The translations under genes were made by a program, and so were the position numbers. DNA of 64,000 nucleotides from Takakia lepidozioides (taxonomy: Eukaryota > Plantae > Bryophyta): positions 37,572,001 to 37,636,000 of the forward strand of contig CM060733.1 in assembly GCA_030704615.1 (NCBI GenBank), given 5' to 3'. Positions 46,574 to 58,900 of the stretch are shown piece after piece. Below the pieces are notes generated by a model. The model made no database searches. It saw only the letters and a program-made list of their open reading frames with translations, and was not told where the DNA came from. Position 1 is the first letter of the stretch. Every line of letters starts with the position of its first letter.

Positions 46574-49500
46574 ATGAGGTCCACTCCTATCACGGTCAAG
46601 ATTGTCCTTCTTGGAGACGGTACGTGCGACTCCATTTCATTCTTTACCTCCCCAGGTCAACCGTGGATCGTTCGCTGCTGTTTATGGATGTGTAGGCGCG
46701 TTTTACGTGGCTGAGGAAGCATTTCAAGTGCCTATTGTTGTTGGCTGATTTTACCGTGAGATCTGCAAGCTGTCGAGTAGAATAATCCTGGAACCCTAAT
46801 AGCTGCTAGAATCTCTCATCTGGCGGTATAATTGTCAGGGAATTCATACGATCTTAATTAATTTTTAACGTGATCTTGGCCCAAACACCTTCGGGCCAGT
46901 CTGGTACATTTCATCAAGTTTCGACTTGGTTGAAGTCGAAATAAGCCAAATGTATTGGAAATTTAGACAATTTCGCACACTCCAACCCTGCAGCGGAACA
47001 AACCTGTATATCTAGCAAGGAAGCGTCGGGGTACTGGACCTCTGGAGGTAGGCGGAGGGGCAAAGACCAACTATTGTAGAGCAAGAGCAAAGGTACTGGC
47101 AGTAATCTTTCAAGTGGGTCCTTACTTTTTCGTTGCCCACACTGTATATAGTTTCCTGTCCATAATTGGCAGCTCAATGAGCCTGGATTTTCTCAAAACA
47201 GTAATTCACCACCAATCTTGGAGAGTCACAGGAAGAAAACCTTGAGGACTCAGTTACGTCCTTGTGGGTTAAAATTAAGTTGTAAATGTTCTCTTAGATT
47301 TACTGTGAAAGCACATGCTGCTTTGCTTCCCTTCTCTAACCTGTTTGTGCATTACATTATGCATATGCTGAGGATTAAAATCTGGTGGAAGAAACCTGCA
47401 TTAGGCTCTGGAATTCTGCCGCCAATAAATGAGAAATTAATGAAAAGCCTTCCAAAAAGTTACTCTAAATAGGCCATCTAGTTGTGTTGATTATGTCTAT
47501 GCTTGTATGTATGTCTACTGCCTGCAACCTTTGACGGTCAAAGTTACATTGACATTGACACAGGTGACAAGGGTGTTATTGAGGGTTAAGTGGTTTGGAT
47601 TGCCGCTCTCAGAAAACATTGGATTTTACTGACATACCTGCCATCTGCTATCTGCTTTGACCACAGGCCATGTAGAGCGAGAGAGGAGATAGAGATAGAG
47701 ATAGACGGTTCAGAGAGCGAGAGTTTTTTATTCTATGCTGACCCTGTCCAGAGGAGCTACATTATCACCTGCCATATCGTATCTTTTGGAGCGACATCAC
47801 ATTCCTGTGCATTTCAGGAATCCCTGAGCCCTAAAATTTGTGGAAGTAACAGGTGAGCAACACTGTTTGCAGGGCGGGTTGGCAAGACTTCACTTGTACT
47901 GCGTTACGTGAACAACATATTCTCAGATGTGCAGACGGCCACCATCCAGGCCTCATACCTTACTAAGCGTCTCACTTTCGACGGCCAGAGTGTGACTCTA
48001 GCTATTTGGGTTAGATACCTTGAGCTCTCTTTCCGTTGCATTTGTGCTGTCCTGAGAGAGGATAAAGATTTATTCCCCAGATAATTCTGTTGGGAGCCTT
48101 GTGGCCATAGGCATGTGCAAGTAGGTGGGTCGGAGGAGAGAGAAAGAGAGAATATCTGTTTTTGTTGGCACGATATAGCCCTGTGATGAGTTTTACGAAT
48201 TCGAGTACGTGAGGAGAGGGTGGCCCAACCATTATCACCACAGGCTCGTTCCAGTTGGGGGAAAATTAAGTGGTTTCTGGCCTTGAAATTTCTCAAGAAA
48301 GCTCTTTACCATGGCATGAAGTTGATGCAAGTGTTCACCCACAATTCTGATCGAAGTTGCCACAGCTTTGGGTGTTGTTAGCTTCGCAAACTGAAGCAAC
48401 TTTGATACTTTCAAAGAAGGCCTCATGTTCAGTAGAGTATCCAAAGTCTCCCTCACTACCTGGCCTTTGGAGAGCCTCTGAGCTGCAATCCTATGAGAAT
48501 CGAAGTCCCAGGTATGTGTTAGAATGGAGTACGGGGCTCTCTTCCTCTTCCCAGAAAAACTCGTGATCACCTGTTAACTTTGTAGTCAAAAAGCATGACT
48601 GCATTCCTGATCACCCTGGTTTGAGGTTCAGATCTTCGAGATTGGGGTGAGAGTGCAGCCTTGAGCCAATCCCCGTGCACTGCAAGACTTTTACTGTAGA
48701 CTGCCACGCGTTGCCCATACCATTACGTAGCTTGCAGACTCCTCACCTGATTTTTCTTCACATGTGCTAGACCCAAATATTCTAACTCCAAAGCCTGACC
48801 TACAGGCATGGGTTTTGGGGGATTCAGATGGAAGTCCCTCCAGTTTCCTTCCTTGAGCAGTCTGGCTGGAGGTTAAAATGTCGTCCCACGTCTCTGATCA
48901 TGCCTAAAGCTGACTTGACTTCTTGCAGTGCTCAGTTCTCTGGAGAGCTCTTCACCCTGAAAAATCTATATTACAACGTCAAAGGAGCACATTTTGGAGG
49001 TCTTTGGGCACCAAAGTAGGGCTATCAAGCTGAGTTCAAACCAGAAGTAGTCACACATTAGGTGCAAATTTTATCCACCGTATTGCAGTCTACAGTGGAT
49101 TGTGCCGCACTCTGCTATTTACAAGGTGTCCATTGTGAGGAATTCTACCACCCACTATTTAAGGCCTTGACTAGAATTAATTATAGGGGTGGATGAACTG
49201 TTCCAGTTTGGTGTCCTCCAACAGCATTCCCATTCAGACCCTTTGGTGCTAGAAGCCGTGCCCACATCTGCATTGACATCTGCGTTAGGCTTACTTGCCC
49301 TCCTGGGAGAAGATTTAGTGCAATCTTGCTTCCACATATCACATGCTTTGTTGGCCATGGAGCTATATAGCTAAAGGAGAAATTGCAAGCAGAAAACTTC
49401 ATCCGCAAGTGGCCGGCTTTGCACATGTGCTCTTTCCCTAATCAAGAGAGATCTGCCTGTATCTTACCGGAGTGGGCAGAGACTGGCGAGATGCCTCACC

Positions 49501-51636
49501 CTTGATCTAGAGCCGAAAGGAGAAAAAGGAGAGGGACATAGAGAGGCTGCACAGTCTCAAGTGATTCTATGGTTCCTGAACCTTTTGCTTGCAGAGTTTG
49601 TGGTCAAAATTTCTGGTTCAGATTCTGTATTTCTATGTCCTTCACAAGAAAAAGGTAAACAACGAAGAGAGAACAAGGAAGAAATAGAGACAGTGAGCCT
49701 CATCCTGCAGAGTTGTTAAAAGGTGAGAAAAATCTTTTGGTCATGTCCAGTACAAAAGGTTGTACATAGTCAATTTTCTCTGTTCAGATGCTTCCTGTCT
49801 CTAAGATTGGGTTGTTCTGTATACCTTGCAGGACACAGCAGGCCAGGAACGGTTTCATGCACTCGGCCCCATTTATTATCGTGATGCTGATGGTTGGTTA
49901 TCTCATCTTTTGGCTTTCTCTTTCCTCACGTGAATAACATCTGTTACTTGCTAAAGGGGATTCTTGTACACTCTGAAAGCCCCCAGTTGGCTGCAAGAGG
50001 GTTTTTATTCTATGAGGATTATGCTCTTAGGGTAGGTCATAGCTCATAGCCTACATCCCAAGGTAATAGTCAACCCTAAGTAAGGGAAGAAGCCCCAGAA
50101 GGACGGGGTCTGAGCAGAAAAGCCAAGACAGGCCCGAGTGTTCAGAGGAGTAGAACAGATATAATCATGCCAGTAAGGGACAAATCTCCCTCTCACTCTC
50201 TCTCACAGCAAGCTTTCAGTGATAGCAGCGGCTTCCATTTCACTCTCATCTCTACCTGCCATACTTCTCCCCCATACCCCCCCCGCATTTCTGCTGCGTC
50301 CAATATTCGTCCCCACAGATATGTGTGAGTGTATATGAGCTTCCACTTCTAGTCCTTCTTTGGAACACGTATATTTATGATTTCCTTGCTCTGCTACCTT
50401 GGTTAGTTTCTGATTTGATCCCTGCTGTCTGTCCTATCAGCATATCCCTGTCCTATGGGGATCCTGTGCAAACTCATGCCTGTTGCGATTTTTCCTTTTG
50501 CCTTGTGGAAATGTTACAGCGGCACTGTTGGTGTACGATTTACTGGACAAAGATAGCTTCAACCGAGTAAAAAGTTGGGTGAAAGAGCTGCGAAAGATGG
50601 CACCCAAAAATATAGTCTTGGCTATTGCAGGGAATAAGAGTGATATGGATAAGTTGCAACAGGCCAACCTTGTGGAGACTGAAAGGTTTGTCTGTGGCTT
50701 TTCTTTTGTTCTTTGGATTGCGTTTCTTTGGTTGCTGAATGGATTCTACAGTTTTACCTTGCCACACAGCAGATTGATGCTTGTGTGGAGGGCTTTCTAG
50801 AGGACATCTGGAAACCCGAACAAATTCTCTATATCCCACTATTGCAGTAAGCCCCTCACAAAGCTAGTGTCTGTTCCCTTTTGCTCCACCCAATACGGGT
50901 GTAGGGTCTATGGCCACAAAGGCTACAGCAACCAATGCTCTAAACTAGACTCGTGAGTGACAATCATCAAGGCTAGGGAAAGCCTTCTGATCGGGACACC
51001 TCTCCCTATGACAGTCTCACAATTCCATCAGGTCAGGGAGCATATGATTGTAATGGAGGAATTACCTGTGGATTGTGCTTTTATTTGTCTTTCCATCGGC
51101 TGCAAGTTGAGGGGTGGCAGGTAGTGTTCTGCAGATATGCAGACTCCATAGGAGCAAATCATTTTGTGACATCAGCAAAGCTCAATATTGGGATAGAGGA
51201 CGCCTTCCTTAATATTGCTCAGCGTAAGTTTCTTATTATTGTTGTATATCCAGTTCAGGATGGATGCAAACTATTCTTCCCAACAGCTTCTTTTCTGCAT
51301 AGAATGTTTTCTCCTCTTCTTTACAGTCGTCTTTCGAATGTAAGCCTGGAGTTTCTTCAACACTTCACAAATATGTAGAAAGATTCGTAATTGCCCTCTT
51401 CTTTGAGTGATATGGGTAGTAGATTGTGTTCAATTCCTGGTCTTGCCTTCTCCATGCTCTAAAGAAAGGAATGAATGAGCAACACAGGCATCTCTGTTGT
51501 TTGGACAGGTGTGCTAGAGCAAAGAAAGACTGGTGGGTCCAACACTGTCACACCCAGTTTTCAAAGAAAAGGCATGGTCATATCAGACGTACAACCATCT
51601 TCAGGGTCTGCTGCGCAGTCAAAGTGCTGCTCTTGA
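46574..51636 (+). CDS. RAB21: Rab21 small GTPase
   Basis: Exons 46574-46619, 47873-48009, 49832-49892, 50520-50685, 51135-51223, 51509-51636. KIVLLGDGRVGKTSLVLRYV..TIQASYL..LAIWDTAGQERFHALGPIYYRD (Rab21 signature), GNKSD, TSAK, C-terminal KCCS prenylation motif. Confidence 0.92.
50761..50940 (+). mobile_element. Diverged family A LINE 3' fragment in RAB21 intron 4
   Basis: cacacagcagattgatgcttgtgtg..ctagaggacatctggaa..ggtctatggccacaaaggctacagcaa matches the family A 3' end. Confidence 0.85.
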
Positions 51637-52973
51637 CAGGCACCCTCAAATTACATCTGTCATTGATTTGCTGGAACTGTTCTCTACTCCTGTTGAGAGA
51701 CTTCAACATTGTGAACACAAGTCTTCAGACAACTTCCAGCAGCATAAAGATTGTCAACCAACATAATGTCCTGCACTAGCTGAACAAAACCACCATATAG
51801 TCTTCAGGTTTTGGTCTGAAGATAGCAACTCAATAATATTATCCATCTCTGCGGTGTACATAATAGTAACATTTGTGTTGCATGTACTTTACATCAATTG
51901 AAGTACAACTCTTGCAGTGTGATGGAGGTCCACCACCACTGGTGGTCACTAACATGTACTTTGGCTGTGAGCAATAAGCAGTAGTTTTGGGTTAGATGTA
52001 TTCTTGAGTTGGCTCAGAATGGCGACATTGCCTCATTTCTGAGCACAACAGGTTTCTCGCACAGACATAACCCAAAGCCAACTCCAAACCTAGTCCCCAA
52101 CCAACTACATCAAATGAAACAGTAACTTGTACAGTCACCACTACTGGTATATTCCACACATACAATTGACACTAGAAGAAGCAATTCCCCACAAGGTGTC
52201 CAGACCTTTAGCCATTGCAAAATCTCCAGGGAGACGGCCCATAATGCCTCATGACCCATCCCTCACATACCCCTACACACATCTTCATGTACTGAGCACC
52301 CAATAGACCATTGCAAGTTGAGCCGTGTTCAAGGTCTCTTCAATTAACCGTGCCAGGCACCTCAAATTTAGCAGCAATTGCCAAAGTAACTCGGATCTCA
52401 AAAAATAAAGCAACTTGTTATGTGAATCCATTTAACCGCTTGAGACATACAATTTGTTTCAAGTCAACTATATGCCGTGTTCATAATGTTAGATGGTGAC
52501 AGTCTAAAATGTGTTTTCCAATAACCAAAATTGATTGAAAAGGAAAAACTGATCTAGCATATTGTAACATATCCTCCATTGAAAAAGCTTCTTAAATCGG
52601 GACCACCCTAATATGATAGGTCCTGCAAATGTTGACCAGGGGCAATCATGCCGTATCCCATTGTTTCCCAATGGCCATTGATACGGATAAGACTGAAATG
52701 CTTGGTGTCCACAAGCGATCCCATTTCTTAGACCACTTCGGTGCATGACATACAACCCACTAGTCTCTACAAAGGGTGGCAAAGATCAGCATACAGGAAA
52801 GCCATGTATAACTAAGCATAATTGCTAGGAACTGAAACTTAACAGCCAGGCAACTGCTGTCGGCTACTTCAAATTGCAAGAAGAAAGACATACGCATTTT
52901 GAGCTGTGTTACAGCCAATGTATGTAGGATCTTCATGTAATTCCTGCAACTCCACCAACCAAACCACCATGTC

Positions 52974-55900
52974 TCACTTCCCCGGGGTGTGACCCAATCC
53001 ATTGCCAGCTTCCACAATTTCTGACTTTTCACCATTCCATCCAGAATTCCAGCTCTTGTGTTCATGCGGCTTCGAGTCCACTGACGTTGTTGAGTTGCGT
53101 GAGCCTTTTGTAGTTTCCTGTGCTGCCCTCTTTGCCGCCTGTTGAATTTGTCGTTCATGATCCTCCAGAAAGTCTTCAAAATCTACTGCCCCACCATACC
53201 CGGGATGGAGCAGGGGGCCGGAATGATACATTCGATCTGCTTGGCTTTGATATCCCTGCACATCACAAGTTCAATGTGCTTGATTGGCTGGAAAAATGAA
53301 ACGGTCTACGAAGAACAACCTCCAATACAGGAAGCATCCTGGCCCACTTGATAGCACGAACTCTAGTATCCTCATAGCTTGGCCACCGAGGATATACCCC
53401 TGCCCCTCCATCAAGCATTCAACAACAATCCAGGGGAACGATGAATTTGAGCAAGGTAGTAACATTCAGGTCGGAGAACTGAATACAATAAAGAAAATCA
53501 AGCCAGAGACTTTAGCATTACAAGCCTCACCAATCGGCATTCTCAGACACCAAAGGAGGGATTTCTGGCACTAAATTTGAAGTCATTTCAGGTGGCTTAC
53601 TTGAGGCTGGTGTGTAAGAACAAGTCAGGGATTTGTAACTCATAGCAATTTTGCATAAATTATAGAAAACATTCCAAACAGTTAATAATTACCTTGGGTG
53701 GCTCCTTCACCTGGAAGGCGCTGTCCCGACCCTCCCTTCGATGCGAGTCAACCTTAGAAAGGTCACGATGGGAGGAGCTATCAGAGGATGCGTGATCTAA
53801 TTTATAAGATGGCTCTCGCTTTGAAGATAATTCGTGCTTACTGGTGACCTCGTGTTTTTCACCTCGCCTGCTAAGTTCCCCGTCATTGTGTCCTGCATCA
53901 CTGTCTCGCACTCTACCACCACCCCTCTCCCTGTGATGATTGCCACCAGCCCCATTTCTGGCGGCCACCAAACTTGAAAAGCTTGACAAATCAGCAGATG
54001 GTTGGGATCCATAGCTTGCTTGCAGCGAAAAATCTGAAACAGTCATTGACTTGGTCGGCCGTGACAGCGGCCGTGACGGAGCCATTCGAAGATCCTCATC
54101 TTTGTGCTTTTTGTTCCATGAGCTGCCTCCAATGCTGCCACCAATACTGGCATTCAGTGATGGCTGCGGCCCTGATCGGGAGGAAACAGATGATGCGGCA
54201 AACGCACGATTTGGTGGCACTGGCGATGTGCCTTGCACCTCCATGAATGGCTGTCTTGGTTGTGGAGGGTGCATATGGAATGCGACAGCGGAGTCCTCAT
54301 GCACTGGAGGAAATTTCTCGCTCTTGCTTTTAGTAGCCGCTTGTGGGTTCATCCGTCGCTTCTGCAAAAGCGATAGCAACAAAACCATTCAATAAAGTTC
54401 ACTACGTGCTTGTATAGCTTGTAAAGTGTAGAATCACCTGATCAAAACAGCTGTTCCTCAATAATCTGGTACCTTCCCATACCCACAGGAAACAGCTCTT
54501 ACAACTTTCTCCAAAGATATGCTAGCTTTACAACAAAAACTAGGTTAAAGAAAGCAGTCCACACCTGCACGGAGATGGCGAGTTCAGCATTGGCGTCTGG
54601 GGCACCAACAGCCCTGCCAGTACGATCTCGAGCACCTGGCCGCTTGCTTGCATCAGATGTTCGCATTCGTCCCCCAGCAGCTCTTTGTCTGCAAAACCGA
54701 AAGTGAGTTACACAGTGATAACTCTCCCTCACAACCAACAAAATCAAATACACCTGATGCATATAAGGTGTGAAAAAAAAAGCACTTGTGCATGCAGACA
54801 CCACCCACACAGCTATTTATAACTTTTGTCAGCCAGCAACTGCCATGGTGCGCTAATTGGAAGCCAAGATTTCCATAATAATTCTATTGAGTCAATGAAT
54901 GTGGACAACACCTGCGAGCCTCGTCATCACGAATCTTGGCGTCAAACTCCTTACTAGGAGGATACTGAGGAAGGCTTGACGGATCACATGCCAATGGCTT
55001 GGTCGTAAAAAACTGCAGTGTCATGCATCGCATTGCACACATCAAGTCCAGCCACATTAATCCACATGAATTCCTTACACTTTCAAATCCCACCCTCACC
55101 CTACTTTTACCAAAAGACTGGATCACCTTTCCACAGCTAAAACCCTTTAAAGGCACCATTACCATGAGATGGTTTTACTTGACCATCTCATGGTCAAGTA
55201 CAGGATGTATCCTTAACTCTAGTTGCAGACAATGGAGTGAGGAACTCAAGATACAAGGTAAACCTAGACAAGATAGGATCTACTCTCTGAGTAACCCAGA
55301 CCCCAACGACCCAATATATCGAGCATTAATGTTGTAGTCAAACTGTTTCTCACAGTTTGAAATGATTCAACTCTTTATATATATCAGCCATTTCAATACC
55401 ACCTGATCAACTCCACAACCAAAACTCACCGATGACTGTTTGCAGAGTTTAAGTGCTTCTGGAGCCACAAAAGATTGGCCAGAGTGTTGAATAACTAGAC
55501 AAGAAGGAGTACTCACATCACTTTTTAGGGCTTCAGCTGCACTCCCACGATCAGCTGGTTCAATTGCTAGGAGAGTATCAAGCAAAGCCAAGGATGAACT
55601 AGGAAACTCCTTGAAGGTCTCCATAATACCACGCTTGTACGGTTGTTGAGGCTTGAAGATGGTGGCATGAGGCAACTTTGATTTCCTCCAATACTCTTCT
55701 GACGGAGAACCACATAGTTTGAATATCTTGTGTAGCTGTTCCACCTGCCAACATTCAAACAAACTATTTGAACAGGAGTTCTACAAAGTGGTGGATGGGC
55801 ATATAGTCCAATTTTCACAGACATTACAACATGCAGGCATGGCTGAAGGGTTATCAAACTACTGGAAGTGTCTGTTATGCCTAATCCTGCAGCTGCAGCA

Positions 55901-58900
55901 TCTGAGAGACAGAGGCTAATATCGAATGCCCTTCCACATATAAAGCTTGGAGAAATTGTATATATGAGGAATGAGAATCGTTATCACATGTATCCAGTTT
56001 AGTTAGCAACTCCAAAGCTGTGGAACAAGTATGTCATCTCCTTCCTTTTCTTTACCTTCCTAGATGCTTTCTGCAAAAGCAAAGACATCGTCATCCCTGT
56101 AACATTCAACCTTCCTTGCTCCACAAAGGGACAGGGTGTTGGTATAGAAGCCTGGGAAGGACAGGTTGGAAGCACTTATCTCACAGCACCTCATGATTGC
56201 AAGAAGATTGCAAGGAAAATACTTGGACAGGATGGTCGGCGGAAAGAGTTTAGTTTTATTTGTTCCCTGCGTTTAAGATGTCAACTTGCTCTAGAGGATA
56301 CCGCGCCAAACCCAAGATCACCCACCAGGGTAAAAATATCATATGCAAATTTTGCAGGCGATTGCCTGACAGCCAACAAAAGATTTTGGCAGCAGGTCAG
56401 ACTTAAATTAAGGCATGCTCTAACAGTTACCACCATATATACTATTCCTACAGCCTGCTACGAATTGGCATATACGGCAGGGAGTCTACAAAAGGAAGAC
56501 GCACAATCAGAGACATAACACATATATAGAATCTGTGTGTGCTCAATCACCATGGGTAGTTAGGAATGCTAGCGGGAGGGGGTAACAAAAGGTTGGTTGA
56601 GAAGGGGAGAAGCATGATCCTTCAGTTTCCACTTGTAGAAATGAACTGCATTCTACAATGCAAACCACCCAAACTGGGAACAGCATCCTCAGCAGAGAAG
56701 GTGGCAGTCCATAAATCCTCTCCTCGTTGGCTCGCAGATGAACCAATACCTATGACAAATCAGCTTGTTGCAGGCCAGGAGTAAAGCAATATTGTCTCTG
56801 CTGGAGATGGTCTACCAATTAGGGTGGAGCTTATGCAAGAGGCACAAGAGACACACATCTCCAAGTTGTCAATGTCCGAGACATATGTACAACCTCAAAT
56901 TCTGGAATTGCGCTTTGATAAACCAACCAATGGAAGACAAATAGCTCACTGTAATGGAAGGCAAATAGCTCACTGTAATGTTGTCTCAGGCTAACCATGG
57001 TGTGAAGTGATCTTAAGTGTGCCATACACTTAATATGTGGAGAGGTATACTCTCCAGATTGCAGGAACGAAACCTTGTTAAATGCAGTGCACCCTCTCTT
57101 ACTATTGTGAAGCTGACAAGCCTGGGAAGCCAAGCCAATAGAACCTAGTACACTAAGTGCCCTACTAGCCCACTAAGGAAGTGCACCTGGAAGTGAATCT
57201 ATTACAACATATGAGAAAAGAATAGAATGCATGATGCAGAATTCTTCATGATGACACTTCCACTCCTGCAAATAAATATGTATTATGGGTAGTGTTCCAA
57301 GATAGATTGTACTCATAAGACGTTGTTTGCCGTAGCCTTGTGGCCATTGACCCCGCGCCCAGTTTGAGCGGGAACAAAAGGGGCAGAACCTACCTCTGTC
57401 AGGGGCTGACGTTGGTAGTAAGACTTACCTTGATATATAGAATTAATCCGAGTTTTCCAGATATCCTCTAGAAATCCCTTCACACAAGCATCAATCTGCT
57501 GTGTGTGATTTGCCCAAAAACTAGGCCTCAGGAGGGCCTGGGCTTTCGGCTCAGCCTCGAGACTTTCAAAGTTGGTAAACAGGGGTACAGGCACAATTCC
57601 CTTGATAGATTTGAAGAGAGCGTCTCTTTGGTGAGAGAACCCTGGACAGTGTATCAGAAAATGAATACTGTCTTCAGATTGCCCACACAACGGGCAATTG
57701 CACTCTCCCTTTCCTCTCTGCTTCTGTTTGCTGTTCAAAGGTAGGCTTCCTGCCCTGAGTTTAAATTTCAGTCTAGTGCCGAGAGTGGGTAGACCCTTGA
57801 GGTCATCCAAGATGTCCTCCCCCATGTCACTGACTGGAAACAAGTTCAGGGAAGTTTTCTGCCTAACTTCATTTTCATCAGACAATCTCATGGCAACAGA
57901 CATGGCTTCGGACACTACAGCCTCTAAGTCAGATTTATCCAGCAGGGTCAAGACTTGCGGATCCAGGTCCAGGTCCTTGAGAATCTCTTCTACTCTCTTC
58001 TGCCAGGACTTAGCCTGTTTGACAGGGCGGTCCTGTTTCCAAGATATAGAGTCGATTAACTTAGGATATCTGGTGTTGGGCATATGTTGCAGCTGACCCC
58101 ACCATCTGACCTTGAATTCATCTCGTCGGGAGCTTAAGGAGTGTTCCAAGATAGAGATTAACGCATTCCTAACAAACCTCAGTGCGGCCGGGCATGATTG
58201 GTTTCCCAGCCAGTAACTCCGCCAGAATGCAGCCTGTACTCCAAAGGTCAACAGCCACACCATACTCCGTGGCGCCCAGTAGCAACTCTGGAGGCCGGTA
58301 CCACAGTGTGACCACGCGACTCGTAAGTGGTTGTTTCTGGTCTGGATTGAAAAAGGTAGCCAACCCAAAATCTGCAATCTTCAGAATGCCTCCATTATCC
58401 AACAGCAGGTTGGAGCCTTTGATATCCCGATGGAGTACACCCTGTCGATGACAATGATCTAAACCTCGTAGCAACTGCTGCAAATAGCACTTCACCTGTC
58501 CATCCCAAATACTTCCCAACTTGAATGATGCTCTCTGCCCGCTGATTAAATTGGTCACACGGCAACCTAACCCCTATCATAGAAACCGAAAACACCTGGC
58601 CTACCAGATGATCGTCAAAAGAAATATTTACATGGCAATCAACCTGACCCTTAAGTCAGTTTGGCATTGTGCAAATGCAGAACAATGCCCATGGCACAAT
58701 GACACCTGAAACAGAATAAATGGTGATGATGGTGGCAGTACCAAACAGACCATGAACATAATGCACAGCCACACAGCAAAACCATCCCAGCAACTGAAAC
58801 AACATTGCACAGTAACACGTCAGGTGCAGGACTGGAACTACAATCTGAGTCCTTGTCTGTGAATGGGATGCCAAGTACGCCACTCAAATACGGAACACCC

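Noticed and set aside
50013-50330. Possible solo LTR in RAB21 intron 3
   Set aside because: Starts with TG and has LTR-like composition, but no convincing CA end with a matching TSD.
57313-58377. 354-aa ORF looking like a kinase-LINE fusion protein
   Set aside because: Its 5' part is an alternative frame of the kinase exon. The kinase frame stops at 58169, so no true fusion exists.
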